A program made the translations under genes and the position numbers. A stretch of 45,748 bases of DNA from NCBI GenBank assembly GCA_002269645.1, contig NIVC01001098.1:366963-412710 (forward strand). Direction: 5' to 3'. The notes below the pieces were generated by a model. The model searched no databases, was not told the DNA's origin, and was given only the letters and a program-made list of their open reading frames with translations. The stretch comes from Macrostomum lignano (taxonomy: Eukaryota). Within the stretch, counting starts at the first letter, position 1; every line of letters starts with the position of its first letter. This document shows, piece after piece, positions 1 through 15,507 of this stretch.

Positions 1-3000
1 AGTCACACAAAATCTCTTTGCAATAGTTAAGGCACTTTGACACATTGGTTTTATTAAGATTATTGTAGCTAAGTAGATCGATGAGCTCAATTCTACAGGA
101 AGCAGATATTAATTTCTTCGCAGGAGATAAACTTGTACCTACTAGCATACTGTTGTCTTGTTTCGTTATGTTTCACAGGCTTTGCCGAAATGGTCATTTC
201 ATTCGCCGAAGTGGATTCTCTGAAATAGTCTTTCACCCAAATGGTATTTCACCAAAATGGTCAGCACCCAAGTTTTATTGATTATATAGGCCATATTTAA
301 AAATATCAACTTAGACAACAACAAACTAAAAAAGACAAATTATAAAAACACTTTCTAAAGTACTACTTTTATAAATTTAGGTAATGTCAATGATAGAGAA
401 ATATAAAGTCTACAAAAATTTCCTATAATACATTAACAATGACTTAAAATTGCTTAAATTGCAACTTTTCTTAAAGAAACAAACCTTACTTCGATACAAA
501 AATATAGTATAGTCTACTGACTATTGACTAATGACAATATCAAATAATCAACTTTGGCTAATGAACATTGATTCTTTTAAACTAAAAAGGTTGCCAATTT
601 TATTAATGACATTAACAATAAATTTGAACAATTTAATATTTAGACCTTTAAGGGTAAATGATTAGGAAAGATATTTTAAGGATAAAAATATGATCTCAAG
701 GAAACCAATTAATTAAATAGCAAATTAATACTTAATAATAAAAACCTTAAAAAGGCTACTTGAGAAGACAATAGCATTAGCAGATGACAAGCTTGATATT
801 TTTTTAATATTAGCTCAACATGGCAAGATGGCTCTCTAATTAAATATAAATTTGACAATGATAGCTAATCACTATAGAAACAAAGTCAATAAGTCAATAA
901 TGATAAATAGTATTTATAGTAATGATACAAAATAATTCAAATAAACTTAAAAAACTCAAATTCAAATAACTTAAAACTTTAACCTCATATGCAATTTTAG
1001 TATAATCAGCTATCTTTATAATAATATAAATAAATAAGGAATAATTGACTTCTTATTCAAAGTCCTGGCGTAATACATACTTAAGCTACGAAGTTACCAA
1101 TATCATTAATTATTACTCTACTCAAAAATTCAAAGGGTATATTAAATTGTATTCTGTGTATACTCATTTTCTAGGGAAAGGGCATATGCCCCCAGTGTTT
1201 CAAGTTCCCACCACCCATTAAAAGTAGAATATCTATATATATATATATATGTACCAATCTAAAATATGTTAAACAAAACTCAAAAACTAATTAAATTATT
1301 GAGACATTTAGACATTGCCCTTGTCATCAAAGAAAAACATATGCTAAATTTTGTATGCTTTAAAATAACTTTAAACTCAAAGGTGCCTATGAGAATAAAT
1401 TAAGAATGACATGACACGGCCCCGATTTATAGTTGCAAGTGAGAGTACACGAAACGCCCCGTGCAATGTGGCATAGGCCGGAACTATAGCCATTACCGTA
1501 ATTAAACAGGCCTGTACAGGGCTAGTTTGAAAGTGGTCATTTTTCGCTTTCGTGTTGCGATAAAACAATTTTACTACTTTCTAAACGCCTAAAGCATCTT
1601 CCAGGTCTCATTAATGCAAAGAAAAAGAATTTTTTAACTAGGTAAAATTTACTAATCCTTAAATTAAATTTTGTAAAACACAAGACAAATATGTTGAAGA
1701 AAGTTAGATAAAATTTAAAAGTATCAAGTTTCTAGTTCACGTGATTAAATAATAACTTTTTTTATTTTTTTACTTTAAGACCATCTGCCGCTATATGATT
1801 TGCACGCTAGCTCTGCCCGCTGAAAAAATTAAATTTGCTTTCCAGCAGAGAAAGCATTTCCAAATGTTTTCTTTTTCCTTGTAATAACATTTTCAGATTG
1901 AGGTCTCATACTTTTTCCCTGGCATATATTAATATACAATATGAACTATGGTATGGTCTCAACGACCTATTTTTATTGTTAGGCCTATTTCTATTATTAA
2001 TTTGTCTCATGTTGCAATGCAACAGTTTCATTTCAAACAAAAACGGTAGGGCCTATAGGCCTAACAAACAAAATAGAGAATTTTTTAACTTAGCTTAGGC
2101 AGGGCATTAGTTAGGCGTTAGGCCTAACACTAGCAGTGCAATACTAGGCCCCTAGTCATGAAATTAGGCCTACCACCACCTATATCTATAAAAATCAATA
2201 CTTTCTATGTATCTGTGAGTATCTATTTGTGTAAAAATTTGTTTACTATGGACTCCTATCCCTATACCACTCAACCAAATTACATCAAATTTTGCACTCA
2301 CCCTAGTCCCTAGGGCCTAAACTCACCCTGAACAAAATTATATAAAATGTTTTAGGCTAACCTTTAAATTTCCTAAATTTAAATCTTCCTAGGCCTACCT
2401 AAAAATGCAAAAAACTATTCAAAATATGCATTTTTCATTCTTGTTTTATTTCTTTTTATATTTTTATTTTCTACTTTATTTATTATATTTTTATTAAATA
2501 TATTAGGCCTAGCATAAGAACAACAATGAAAGTATTATATCCTATAAACTGGCTTTTGAAGTAGGGATTGGCAAACTCTAAGTTCAAAGGCCAGATAAAG
2601 AATCTAGCTCATGGCTAAGATGCAAATGAAAGTAGAAAGGTAAAAGAATATTGAATAGACAATTAAAAGAAAGAAGAGGCAAGAAAGAAATAAGAAAAAT
2701 GGAGTACTTATAGGCATGGCGGCTGTGTCTATAATATTTGAGCTTATAGGCACGGCTATAATAATTAAAATAAAATTTGTGTTCTATAGGTTCTCTCTTA
2801 AGCAAATAGTGGCTTAGTGGATAGGTCGATTGCCTTGTGATTGCATGTAGGCCTAGCTTGGTTTGAATCCTAAGTAGTTGGAGTTTTTTTAATTTAATTT
2901 TTTTAGCTAACATAATTTTTCCATCTTGAACTTCTCAAGTTTTTTAATTAAAATAATAATAAATTAAATTAAATTAAATTAAATCAATTTTTAATAAGAG

Positions 3001-3102
3001 TAACACTAAATCTTAAAGTGCAGCCAATATGTATAGAAAAAATTTTTGTTTTCGATAGCTACATATATAATTGTAGCCGCACTTTAAAATGATTTTGTGT
3101 TA

Positions 3103-5318
3103 TGATGTAACCGCCCTTGTCGCCTGTCCGCTCCGTAGAGAGACGAACGCATGACTAGAGGGGGCAATGACCGTAGGCTGCCTATGACCGGGCAATGACC
3201 TGACGGACCTCCAGCACCAGACTGTCCCGCCCACATGATTAGTAGCTTTGGTAGCGCTTCGTGACCAGAGGGCCAAGGACCCACATGGACCCCACCTGTA
3301 GCCAAGGTGCAATAGTTGGTCACTCGGTCATAGTATGACCGAGTGGCTGCCACCACTCTATGTGACCTGGCGCACCTGGATCTTTCTACCAGACCTCTCG
3401 AGGCTAGAGCCCCGCCTGGATTGGTTACCAGGGGATTTAGGCTAACAGGGGAGACGCATGCAGCCGAGTACAGGGACTCTGCTTGGGGCATGATCGGGAA
3501 CTCTGGGCTCAATCCTGGAGGATTTCTCAGCAGGGGATCCTTTGTGGCTGTGAGCGAGGCTGACTTGCGACTTTGATTACTAAGAGTAGTATGAGGCGAA
3601 CATGTACTGTCTACAGTTTAGATTGCTCAGGGCGAAGGGACGCGTTAGCATGGGGTTGCAACCTTCCTACTGCCATGCTGTGCCAAGACTCGCTAATCCC
3701 TCTACTGCACGCACACGCGGCCCCGCAGCACGCACTCACAGGCGGGCTTTGCACGGGGAGAGGCCATTAGCTTACCCAAACTTCCTTATGCTTTGCCACC
3801 CCGGGAGAAAGGCTTAGCAAGCCATGAGTGAAATGATGGTGAAAGATTGAATAATGATGAAGTTAGTTAATAGTTAATAATTAGGCCCTTAGGCAAATAA
3901 GCAGGCAATTAGGCAGCTTCACTATTGAGTCAAATACAGCAAAAGATACGGTATCACAATTGGCTCAGCTCTCTAATCAGACAATGGAAAATAGGCAAAC
4001 CCCGGATAAGCAAAGGCAATTAGAGCACAAATTAGTAGCAGGAACTTACCGGCAGCTGCACAGAGAGAGAGAGAGGCGGAGTGACCGAGGGCGGCTGTAG
4101 GCTGCAGTCAGGCAGACGGTGAAGCGGCGATGCGCTGGAGCGACGAGGCGCTGATGTAGATCAGGCGATGCTGATGATGCTGGGCGGTATCAGACCGCTG
4201 GCCGATAGGCGAGCTCACTTGGGGAGCTAAGGATAACTTGGCGGTAACAGACCGCGGACCGGCAGGGATTCGTCTTATAGACGAATGGGTCAGAACTCAA
4301 TCTGACAGCAAGTCCAAAGAAGGACGAGGAGAGGAACAGAGATAAACTCAGTTGAGTATTCTCATGCCGAAATCGCTTCCTTTTATAGACCTCACAGCCG
4401 CCTCCTCAAGGTCGTTACCATGGCTCCCTCTCTCTGATTGGCTGCCGGCAGAATGACGTCAGAATGAGTCATGATGAGAAGCATGAGACCGGCATAGCAA
4501 CATGAGAAATCGGGAAATTGCGCAATCCGGAGGTGGGGTGGGGGGATAATTGGCGCAGCGGGTGGTCGCGAAAGTGTTGCGCAAGCAAACATTGAGAACA
4601 ATAGGGCTGGGGTCGAGAACAAAGGAATTGGAAATCGGAGATAATTGGGGAAAACTGAGAACAATGGAAAAGTAAACATTGGAGAAAAGGTGATAATTAG
4701 GTGCGAAAACGAGAACAAAAGAAAGAGAAAATCGGAGAAAATGTGATAATTGGTGGGGTCGAGAGAACAAAAGAAGCAAAAACGAGAACAATAGAAGCGG
4801 AGGTGGGGTGGGTGTCACATGAGAAATTTAGGAAGGAGAACAATAGCGTGAGAAAAGGTTGCGCAAGAGAGGGGGATGAGTCATCGATGAGTCACCGAGG
4901 GGGAGAAGGGGTCACACGACTTGCGTCACCGTTTGGGAGTTTGAGAGGGGATGGGGAGACGGTGAGCACACAAAGTACTGTAAGTAGACACAGGGAAAGA
5001 GGGGACAGCGCAGGAAAAGAGTGCAGAGGGAGACAAAAAAAAGGAGGAGGTAGAGAAAGTACAGGAAGAATAGGGCGGGAACAGAAGAGATAGGGTAGAG
5101 GGGGAGGTACAGAAAGGGGTAGGGGCTCCGGAAAGGCAGGTGTGGCGGCAGGAGAGACGGGACCAAGGCAGCAGGAGAGGTGCAGCAGAGCGGGAGTCTC
5201 CAGGCCCGGTCGGAGACCTGGCCGAGTCTCGACAGCTCTGTGCAGAGGGTGCACGGGATAGGAGGCACTTTCGAAAAGTTCCCATGCCCTATCCCGCGAC
5301 CAGAGCGTGGTTACATCA
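3103..5318 (-). mobile_element. Solo-LTR-like non-coding element, copy 1 (2216 bp)
   Basis: Starts TGATGTAACC (3103-3112) and ends GGTTACATCA (5309-5318): a perfect 10-bp inverted repeat with TG..CA termini. TSD GTTA at 3099-3102 and 5319-5322. Near-identical inverted copy at 35352-37545. No credible ORF. Strand assigned from TATAAAA on minus (4381-4387). Confidence 0.85.
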
Positions 5319-5546
5319 GTTACTCTTAAAAATTAAACATAATTTAATTGCATAAAAAATTCAAATAAAAAACTGACTTTTCAATTGGCTCGATCTTTCA
5401 TCCGATCAATGATTACATACATGGCAATAGCAGCCATGCTTATAAGCTCCAATATTAGAGACACGGCCACCCACCATGTCTCTAAGTATGAACCCTTTCA
5501 ATATTAATGACATGGCTACTGTGCAAGTTTTATTGACCTAGCAGCC

Positions 5547-5665
5547 ATGTCTCTAATAGTGACTAGGTCCATACTTATAGACATGGCCACTGTTTCTATA
5601 AATTTCTGCATTATATACACGGCGGCCATGTCTATAAGTATAGACCTATTCACTATTAGAGACAC
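5547..5665. repeat. ~41-bp inverted repeat with a ~35-nt loop, part of a degenerate repeat cluster at 5430-5690
   Basis: ATGTCTCTAATAGTGACTAGGTCCATACTTATAGACATGGCC pairs with GGCCATGTCTATAAGTATAGACCTATTCACTATTAGAGACAC. Related sequence at about 2710-2757. Confidence 0.6.
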
Positions 5666-5699
5666 AGTCGCTGTGTCTCTAAGTGTGGCATAAGAAAAA

Positions 5700-6540
5700 A
5701 TATAGAAGATAAGAGAAAAGACAATAGGTAAGGAGAAAAAAGCTTTGCAAAACCTATAAACCCAAGGACATGCAAAGGAAAGATAAGAGAGAGGAAAGTA
5801 AAGTAAAGTAAAAAGAAAGTAGAGATAAAAGAGCAGTGAAGAGATGAGAGAAGATCAAAAGGAGATATAGAGATATAGAGATAGAGATATAGAGATATAG
5901 GAGAGAATAGAAAGAATAAAAAAGTGGAGATAAAATGAGAGATGACAAAGTAAAGAAAAGAAGGAGAAAGGAGAATGCTAAGAGATGAGAGAATAGTATA
6001 AAGGGGAGAGAGTATAGAGGAAAGAGAAAAGAGGAGTCAGAAGGGGGAAAGAGAAGAGTACACAAGAGAGAGGTGAGAGAACAGAAAGGAGAGTAAAGAT
6101 AACAAATGAGAGAGAAAAGATGAGAATGAACAGACAAGATATGAGAGGACAATTGAAAGCAGAGAAAAGATGAGGTAGCAAAAAGGAGAGATTTGAGAGT
6201 AGAAAGAATAGAGAGAGAAGAAAGATGTGTGAAAGCAGAGAAAAGATGAGGTAGCAAAAAGGAGAGATTTGAGAGTAGAAAGAATAGAGAGAGAAGAAAG
6301 ATGTGTGAAAGCAGAGAAAAGATGAGAGAGCAATGAGGAGAGGAGAAGAAAGATGAGAGAGCAATGGAGAGAAGAGAAAAAAGAAAGAAAAGAGGAGAGC
6401 AGGAGAAAGAAAAAAAGAGAGAGCAGAGAGCAAAGATGAGATAAAGAAGAAGGATAAAAGAGAAGGTGAGAAAACAAAGGAGAGAGAAGGCAAGTTTCAA
6501 AGAACCAGAGAGATGAGACAAAGGCCAGGGAAAGGCAGAG
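5700..6540. repeat. Purine-rich (AG) low-complexity tract containing a 76-bp tandem duplication
   Basis: Almost pure A/G on plus. The unit beginning GAAAGCAGAGAAAAGATGAGG recurs at 6155, 6231 and partially at 6307. Confidence 0.8.
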
Positions 6541-8029
6541 GCCAGAGTTTGCCAACACATGCTTTAGACAGGCAGAAGCCCATTCTGTGTGGCACCCTAG
6601 CCAATGAGATCAATGCTTGCCTTAAATCTTAATTTAACTCAAAATTACCAGTACTGTTATTTCCAAATTTTGCAAAAATAGTTCCAGGGATTGGAATTTC
6701 TTGGGTTCAAAATCCATGGGTTTCAATAGCTTGCATTCTAAATTATACCAAAATATAACAACTGGTATTAGCTTAAATTAGGCCTATAATTATTTATTGT
6801 CAAAAACATTTGGCTTAGTTTTAATTTTTGTTTTAGTTTCAATTTTAGGCTTACTCTTATTATAATGCAGGTCTGCAGGAGTGATAAGAATAGGCCTAAA
6901 TAGCTTTTATACCTGAGCCCTAGGCCTACTTGCCATAGTTTAGAAGGCAACATATATACCAAGATTTCTCAAGAAAAAATATACTAATACATTATTTGAA
7001 CTATAGCTTAAGTCTCCAAATATAAATTTGGTATAGATCTAATTTGGTATTGGCATTGGGCCTAGGTTATAATTGATAAATTGATATAAGTAAACTAGTG
7101 CAAAAATAAAAAATTTACAAACTTTACAAATAACAAATGTTAACTTTATATAATTTAGCTAATCTTAATATTATAGACTTTTTAGACTTAGTATTATAAA
7201 CAATTTAGTATTATTTTTTTGCTAGATTTTAATGCTGAGTATTATTTTAACTGTTTTGTCTATTATGTATAAATTGAATGTAATATAATCCAAATAACCA
7301 ATTTAACCTTTACATTAAAATATTAGAAAAAGTCCACTTTTATAGTCAATTTGTTAATATTTCTATATTATAACCATTGTTATATTATTAATAATTAGAA
7401 ACATAGGGTCCTAGGCCTAAAATGCATAAGTGGGAGTATATAATTATTTTTGATTTCTTATTATAGCTAATGTCTAGTTTTACCTAGGACTTAGATAGTA
7501 TTATAGCAAAAATTAGGCTTCTTATATATTTGGTAGGACTTTTCTTTTATATATTTTTTCTTTCATTTCTTTAACATTCAAAAGCTTTTATTAAAATGTA
7601 AATTTCTCAAAATTCAAACCAACATTGCTGCATTATTAGTTTAGTCTATTCATATCTAGACTAAACTCCCTTTGTTTTGATAATATGAATTGTAGCAATT
7701 ATAATTTAATATGCACATTAAGTTGGTTAGAAAAAAGTTGCAAAAATCAGTTATGATAATAAATTTTTCAGGCAGTCAGTTATTAGTCTCTATCAAAGTA
7801 AATAATGAATTAAGTTAAATAGTAAATCAAGTCTTCTTACAGGTATGCTATGCTTCCACACTGTTTTCAACATTGACACAATTCAGCCACTCAACAGACA
7901 AATAAAAAGACTGTTGTCATGCAGTCTTTATCAGAATTAGAAATCAGTCAATCAATTTTTTCTCTAGTACTAGCATTTAAATCAAAAGTTCTGCTTTGAC
8001 CTTTGCAAAAAGGCATGTTTTTGGCATTT

Positions 8030-8300
8030 AATCCCTTTAGCAATGCTTTAGCATGCTTCTGCTACACAATAATGCCAGATATCACATAGCTGCTCGGGCA
8101 CATGAAACCTTGGCTGAGCTAGGCTGACACATTCTGCCTCATCCACCTTATAGGGTTATAGCCCTGACATTGATCCATCTGATTATCACCTGTTTCTTAT
8201 GAGTATCACTTTCAAACTTTGACCAACAAATTCTTCCATTCTGATGAAGAAGTAAAGGCCACTGTAATGGCCTATTTTTATGCCAAGATTGCCAGATAAT
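8030..8300 (+). mobile_element. Degenerate mariner transposase fragment
   Basis: Translates with lesions to LLLHNNARYHIAARAHETLAELG*HILPHPPY..SPDIDPSDYHLF and SDEEVKATVMAYF. These match the mariner LLHDNARPH and HPPYSPDLAPSDYHLF motifs. Confidence 0.75.
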
Positions 8301-8506
8301 TGCTGAGGCTAATAATGGAGATTATTCGCTTGATTTTCGCTTCCTCTGTGAGTGTAATCACGTGACATTTTAGAATACCACAAGAGCTTCCCGTCGCACC
8401 TTAAATTTAAACCAATATTTCAATAGCTTTGTCCCTTGCCTTCATGTTTTTTGCTAATTTTGTCAGTCAACAAAGAACAGAAAATAACACTAGCTATTAA
8501 TCAGGA

Positions 8507-11044
8507 ATGACAGGATGGACAGTTCTAGTTACTGGAGGCGCGGGTTACATTGGCAGTCACTCCATAATCGAACTGATGTCTGCCGGTCATGAAGTCATAG
8601 TCGTGGATAGCTTTGTCAATGCCCGATCAGAGTGCTTAAAGCGAGTTGAATCAATTGTTGGCCGGTCAATTCCTGCTTATCACATTGACATTCGCAATGA
8701 GGCTCAACTAAGCGAAGTCTTTCAAAAGCATACTATTGATGCTGTGATTCATTTTGCCGCGCTTAAAGCAGTTGGCGAATCTGTTTCCAAGCCGCTTATG
8801 TACTACGAGAACAACTTGATAGGCACGATTAGCCTATTGAAGGCGATGTCAAATCATGGAGTGAAGCGGTCAGTTTTTGCTCTGTTTGTTCGCTCGTTTG
8901 CTTGAATTTAATACAAAGTTCAAAATACAAAAAGATGGTGCCTAGAAAGTGTCATGAGATGCTTTCAGGGCACAAAGATTGTACATGCCTGACGATTTGA
9001 AAAGGAACGCTGTGCACCCTGTGTGAGCGCGTGTCTGCATACAATATTGGCGAGCTTGTATGTTCAGGAGTCAGCGGAATGGGCAGAATTGCTTTAGTGC
9101 TGGTGTGGGGGACGATGACGCGAAGTGAACAAAGAGACTTTGCAGGATTTTTTATTTGCCTTTTATGTGCAGATGGTGTAAGCATTAATAATTATTGCTA
9201 ATAACTGATTACACCTGCCATAACGGGCAGATTTGCAACCGACAGTTAAAGGCTGCGTACGGCTGTTCAGTCCAAGGACTGGGGGGGGGGAGGTCGCCAC
9301 ACACAGCCTCAACTACCCCAGCTAATGCTGGCACGGGCACCCACTCTACAGCTGGATGAACTGAAGCAATGTAGAGAGCAGAAGTGTCTTACTCAAGGAC
9401 GGGTCGCCATCAGAAACCCGAAATATCATAACTCCGAAAACCAAAATAGTGTTGGACTTCTAATAATACATTTTAAAAGAGTTAAAAAATTGTTGCATAA
9501 TTAGTCTGTCATTTCCGACTCACTTAATTCCAAATTTTTAACCAGGCTGGTATTCTCTAGCTCCGCTACTGTCTATGGTACGCCGCAGTACCTGCCATTG
9601 GACGAGCTTCATCCAGTTGGCGGCTGCACCAATCCGTACGGCAAAACGAAACTAATGATGGAAGAGATCTTGCGAGACTTGCAATCGGCCGAGCCAGACT
9701 GGAGCGTTGTTGTATTGCGCTACTTTAACCCTATCGGGGCTCACAAGTCTGGAACTATTGGAGAGGATCCTAATGGCGTGCCAAACAACCTAATGCCGTG
9801 AGTTGGCTGTATAGTTTTAACTGGGGTCATTGTCAAAATAAGGCACCTTTAATTACATAGCTGTTAAATTTATAAAATAGCTGTGACATGTTTTTTTATA
9901 ATTAGGTCTGCAATTTGGTTTCAGTCTAGAAAGCTGCTGTTTAAAATAAAGAAAATTGCAAACTAAATTTGTATTGATTATATACTTCAAACTTTTTTGA
10001 AGTTTTGAAGAGGTTTTTAGATTGTGAAGTTTTGAGATTGTGAAGTTCTGATCTTGTGAAGTTCTGATCTTGTGAAGTTCTGATCTTGTGAAGTTTTGAT
10101 CTTGTGAAGTTTTCATCTTGTGAGGTTTTGAGATTGTGAAGTTTCGATCTTGTAAGGTTTTGAGATTGTGAAGTTTCGATCTTGTAAGGTTTTGAGATTG
10201 TGAAGTTTCGATCTTGTGAAGTTTTGAGTGTGAAGTTTCGATCTTGTGAAGTTTTAAGTGTGAAGTTTCGATCTTGTGAAGTTTTGAGTGTGAAGTTTCG
10301 ATCTTGTGAAGTTTCCATCTTGTGAAGTTTCATCTTGTGAAGTTTTGAGATTGTGAAGTTCTGATCTTGTGAAGTTCTGATCTTGTAAAGTTTCGATCTT
10401 GTGAAGTTTCGATCTTGTGAAGTTTTGAGATTATGAAGTTTCGAGATTTTGAAGCTTCGAGTTTGTACAGATGTTAAATTTCAAGCCTGTGGAGGCGACT
10501 CACTAGCTATTGCACAAAAGTGATTTTCGTAACCATGTAGTTATTACGTAATTTCCAGGATTGCACTAGTCATGCTGAAATAGTAGAATCACCCACCCTA
10601 TTTTGCATCATCATTTTCCTCGTGTACAGGTATGTAAGCCAAGTGGCAGTCGGCCGGCGGCCTGAGGTGACCGTGTTTGGCAATAAATACGACACACCGG
10701 ATGGTACAGGTGTTCGTGATTACATTCACGTATGCGATCTGGCCTCTGGTCATGTTGCCGCTTTGGCTAAACTCCAACAGTCTGGCTTTCGAGTTTACAA
10801 TCTGGGCACTGGAAAAGGCTGCTCCGTGTTGGAGCTAATTAAGGCTATGGAAGCTGCTTCCGGTAGACCTATACCCTACAAGATCGGGCCTGCCAGGGCT
10901 GGCGACGTGGCCTCTGTGTACTCGGATCCTAGCCTAGCCGCTGCCGAGTTGAACTGGCGCGCTGAACGCGGCCTGGATGAGATGTGCGCCGATTCCTGGC
11001 GCTGGCAGAGCAACAATCCGAACGGGTTCGACAGTTCTGCCTGA
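8507..11044 (+). CDS. GALE: UDP-glucose 4-epimerase; exons 8507-8868, 9546-9797, 10630-11044 (342 aa)
   Basis: Motifs [42 protein letters not shown] (YxxxK), [10 protein letters not shown] and [14 protein letters not shown] introns with matching phase 2/2. Spliced length 1029 nt, in frame. Confidence 0.95.
9249..9400 (-). mobile_element. SINE family B, internal/3' fragment in GALE intron 1
   Basis: Matches about 25963-26105 (AAGGCTGCGTACGGCTGTTCAGTCCAAG..GTCGCCACACACAGCCTCAA..CCCAGCTAATGCTGGCAC). Confidence 0.75.
9990..10500. repeat. 16-bp minisatellite (TTCGATCTTGTGAAGT and variants) in GALE intron 2, probably one arm of a foldback element
   Basis: About 28 units. The unit resembles the 16-bp subrepeat of the 38212-38978 element. 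The array ends in GCCTGTGGAGGCGACTC, similar to that element's terminus GCTTGTGAAAGCGACCC. Confidence 0.8.
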
Positions 11045-11182
11045 ATATTCGGAACTTTTATTAATAATCTGTCTATTTTGGTCTGGTTTATCCTATTTCA
11101 TTTAGCGGTGCGATTCTGTTAGTTAAGAAATGTCTTCATAGCATAAATAGGTAAATTCAATTCGATGGACTTGCCCAAATTA

Positions 11183-11490
11183 CAGGCAGGGGGGGCTGTG
11201 TGCGCACTTTAAGCGACATTGTCACACAACCGGCGAGAGGCATTACTGCCCATTCCGCCGACTCCCCTGAGCAGGCACACACTCACACAACAGTGTACAG
11301 CGGCCCTAACTCTATTTATCGTTAGGCATGTACACTTCACTGTGTCTTGGGGGTTAAGTCGTAAGGCCGTTAATTGCACGATCAGATATTCCAGTTTGGC
11401 CCTAAATGAGTGTGACTGCACTTGGAACCGAGCCTGGCACCGCTGGCACATCACAGCGCCTGCTTGACCACTGGCTGTGCTACGGCCCCT
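11183..11490 (-). mobile_element. tRNA-derived SINE family A, copy 1 (downstream of the GALE stop)
   Basis: Shares GGCGAGAGGCATTACTGC..GTGTACAGCGGCCCTAACT..CGTTAGGCATGTACA with 13577-13805 and 39430-39802. Pol III A/B-box-like head on minus. Confidence 0.75.
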
Positions 11491-12349
11491 GCTGGATGGG
11501 ATTTTACCATAGACAAATTCAGCTTCGTTTTTACTCACCGACTCCCTCTGAATTATTGGATTTATGCTCGTTGGCATCAAAGACTGTTATAATAAAGTTT
11601 CATGTCAACTTTTTATTGTTGCAGAAATAGCAAAATTGAATTTAGAAATTTGTTACGCATTCCATTTCAAATTGCTAATGTCTTTAATGATTTCATTATT
11701 AACTGCCGTTGACTTGCTTGCTTATTTATGGTTCTTAAAACTGTGTCTTTAGAATATCTTATTCGGTTGCAGTAAGTAGATAATAGTAAGAAATCGATAT
11801 TTACTTATTTTAGGATTTATTAACTTGGTCACATGTGTACTTGATCACTGTACTTCAGCCTGTTAGTGACAATATATTGCTTGTGCTAAACATTTAGTCA
11901 GAGCACTATGTGTTTTTATTGTTTTATCACTTTTTATAACAGTACATTAGCGTGCGAGTAATGTAACTTTGCGTCTTTTACTTGAAGCAGTTTTAGCCTA
12001 TTATTAATTGATTATACTTACTTACTTTTGGTGACTGAATCCGTTTTTGATGCCAATGAATAACTCATTTTTTGGTACTCTTTGTGGATGTTTACGTTTG
12101 TAATTGGTGATTTATTATTTCAAAATGCTTAGCACTCCTTATCTAGGTCCAATAAAGCTCCAATGCATTAACAAGCACGTAATGCGTTTTCGTATTTTCT
12201 TATTTAACTTTTAATTTACAAGTATATATGTACTTGGTATATATCAACTGCTTGCTAGTGACTACTGTGTCAAGGGTCATTTTAATGGATTTTCAATGAT
12301 ATAATGATTAAGCTTTAGCTCTATCTAACAATTGCGATTGTATCTGATT

Positions 12350-12780
12350 AGTAGTCCATATGTCCTACAATTGTCCCTGATTAGTTTATGACCTCTAACT
12401 GTCCTTGATTAGTTTATGATCCCTGAATGTCCCCAATTAGTCTATGACCTCTAACTGTCCCTGATTAGTCTATGACCTCTAACTGTCCCTGATTAGTCTA
12501 TGACCTCTAACTGTCCCTGATTTGTCTATGGCCTCTGATTAGTCTATGACCTCTAACTGTCCCTGATTAGTCTATGACCTCTAACTGTTCCTGATTAGTC
12601 TATGACCTCTAACTGTCCTTAATTAGTCTATGACCCCTAACTGTCCCTGATTTGTCTATGGCCTCTGATTAGTCTATGACCTCTAACTGTCCTTGATTAG
12701 TCTTTGACCTCTGACTTCCCTAATTAGTCTATGACCTCTAACTGTCCCTGATTAGTCTATGACCTCTAACTGTCCCTGAT
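12350..12780. repeat. 28-bp minisatellite (CTCTAACTGTCCCTGATTAGTCTATGAC), about 15 units
   Basis: Directly visible tandem array with no spacers. A shortened variant unit recurs at about 12518 and 12648. Confidence 0.9.
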
Positions 12781-12933
12781 TTTCAAGGACAATGAACCTC
12801 ATCAAGACTTTATCAAGATGGCCTGAAGCCTAAGCCTAAATAATAGACTAAATGTTATTTTTGTGCGAGGAATCTCAGCTCAAATATTTACACAGTGAAA
12901 TTCCGACGCATTCAATCTATTCCAGTTGATGTT

Positions 12934-15507
<2,574 letters not shown>

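Noticed and set aside
1-1900. Possible decayed transposase in the AT-rich left end
   Set aside because: No motif could be read convincingly in any frame.
3084-5355. Short ORFs within the LTR-like elements (both copies)
   Set aside because: No recognisable domains, and the frames differ between the two copies because of indels.
5754-6560. Long Leu/Ser/Phe-rich ORFs on minus
   Set aside because: Artefact of the AG-rich low-complexity tract; several frames are open at once.
12350-12780. CRISPR-like array (28-bp repeat)
   Set aside because: The units are directly adjacent with no unique spacers, there are no cas genes, and the context is eukaryotic.
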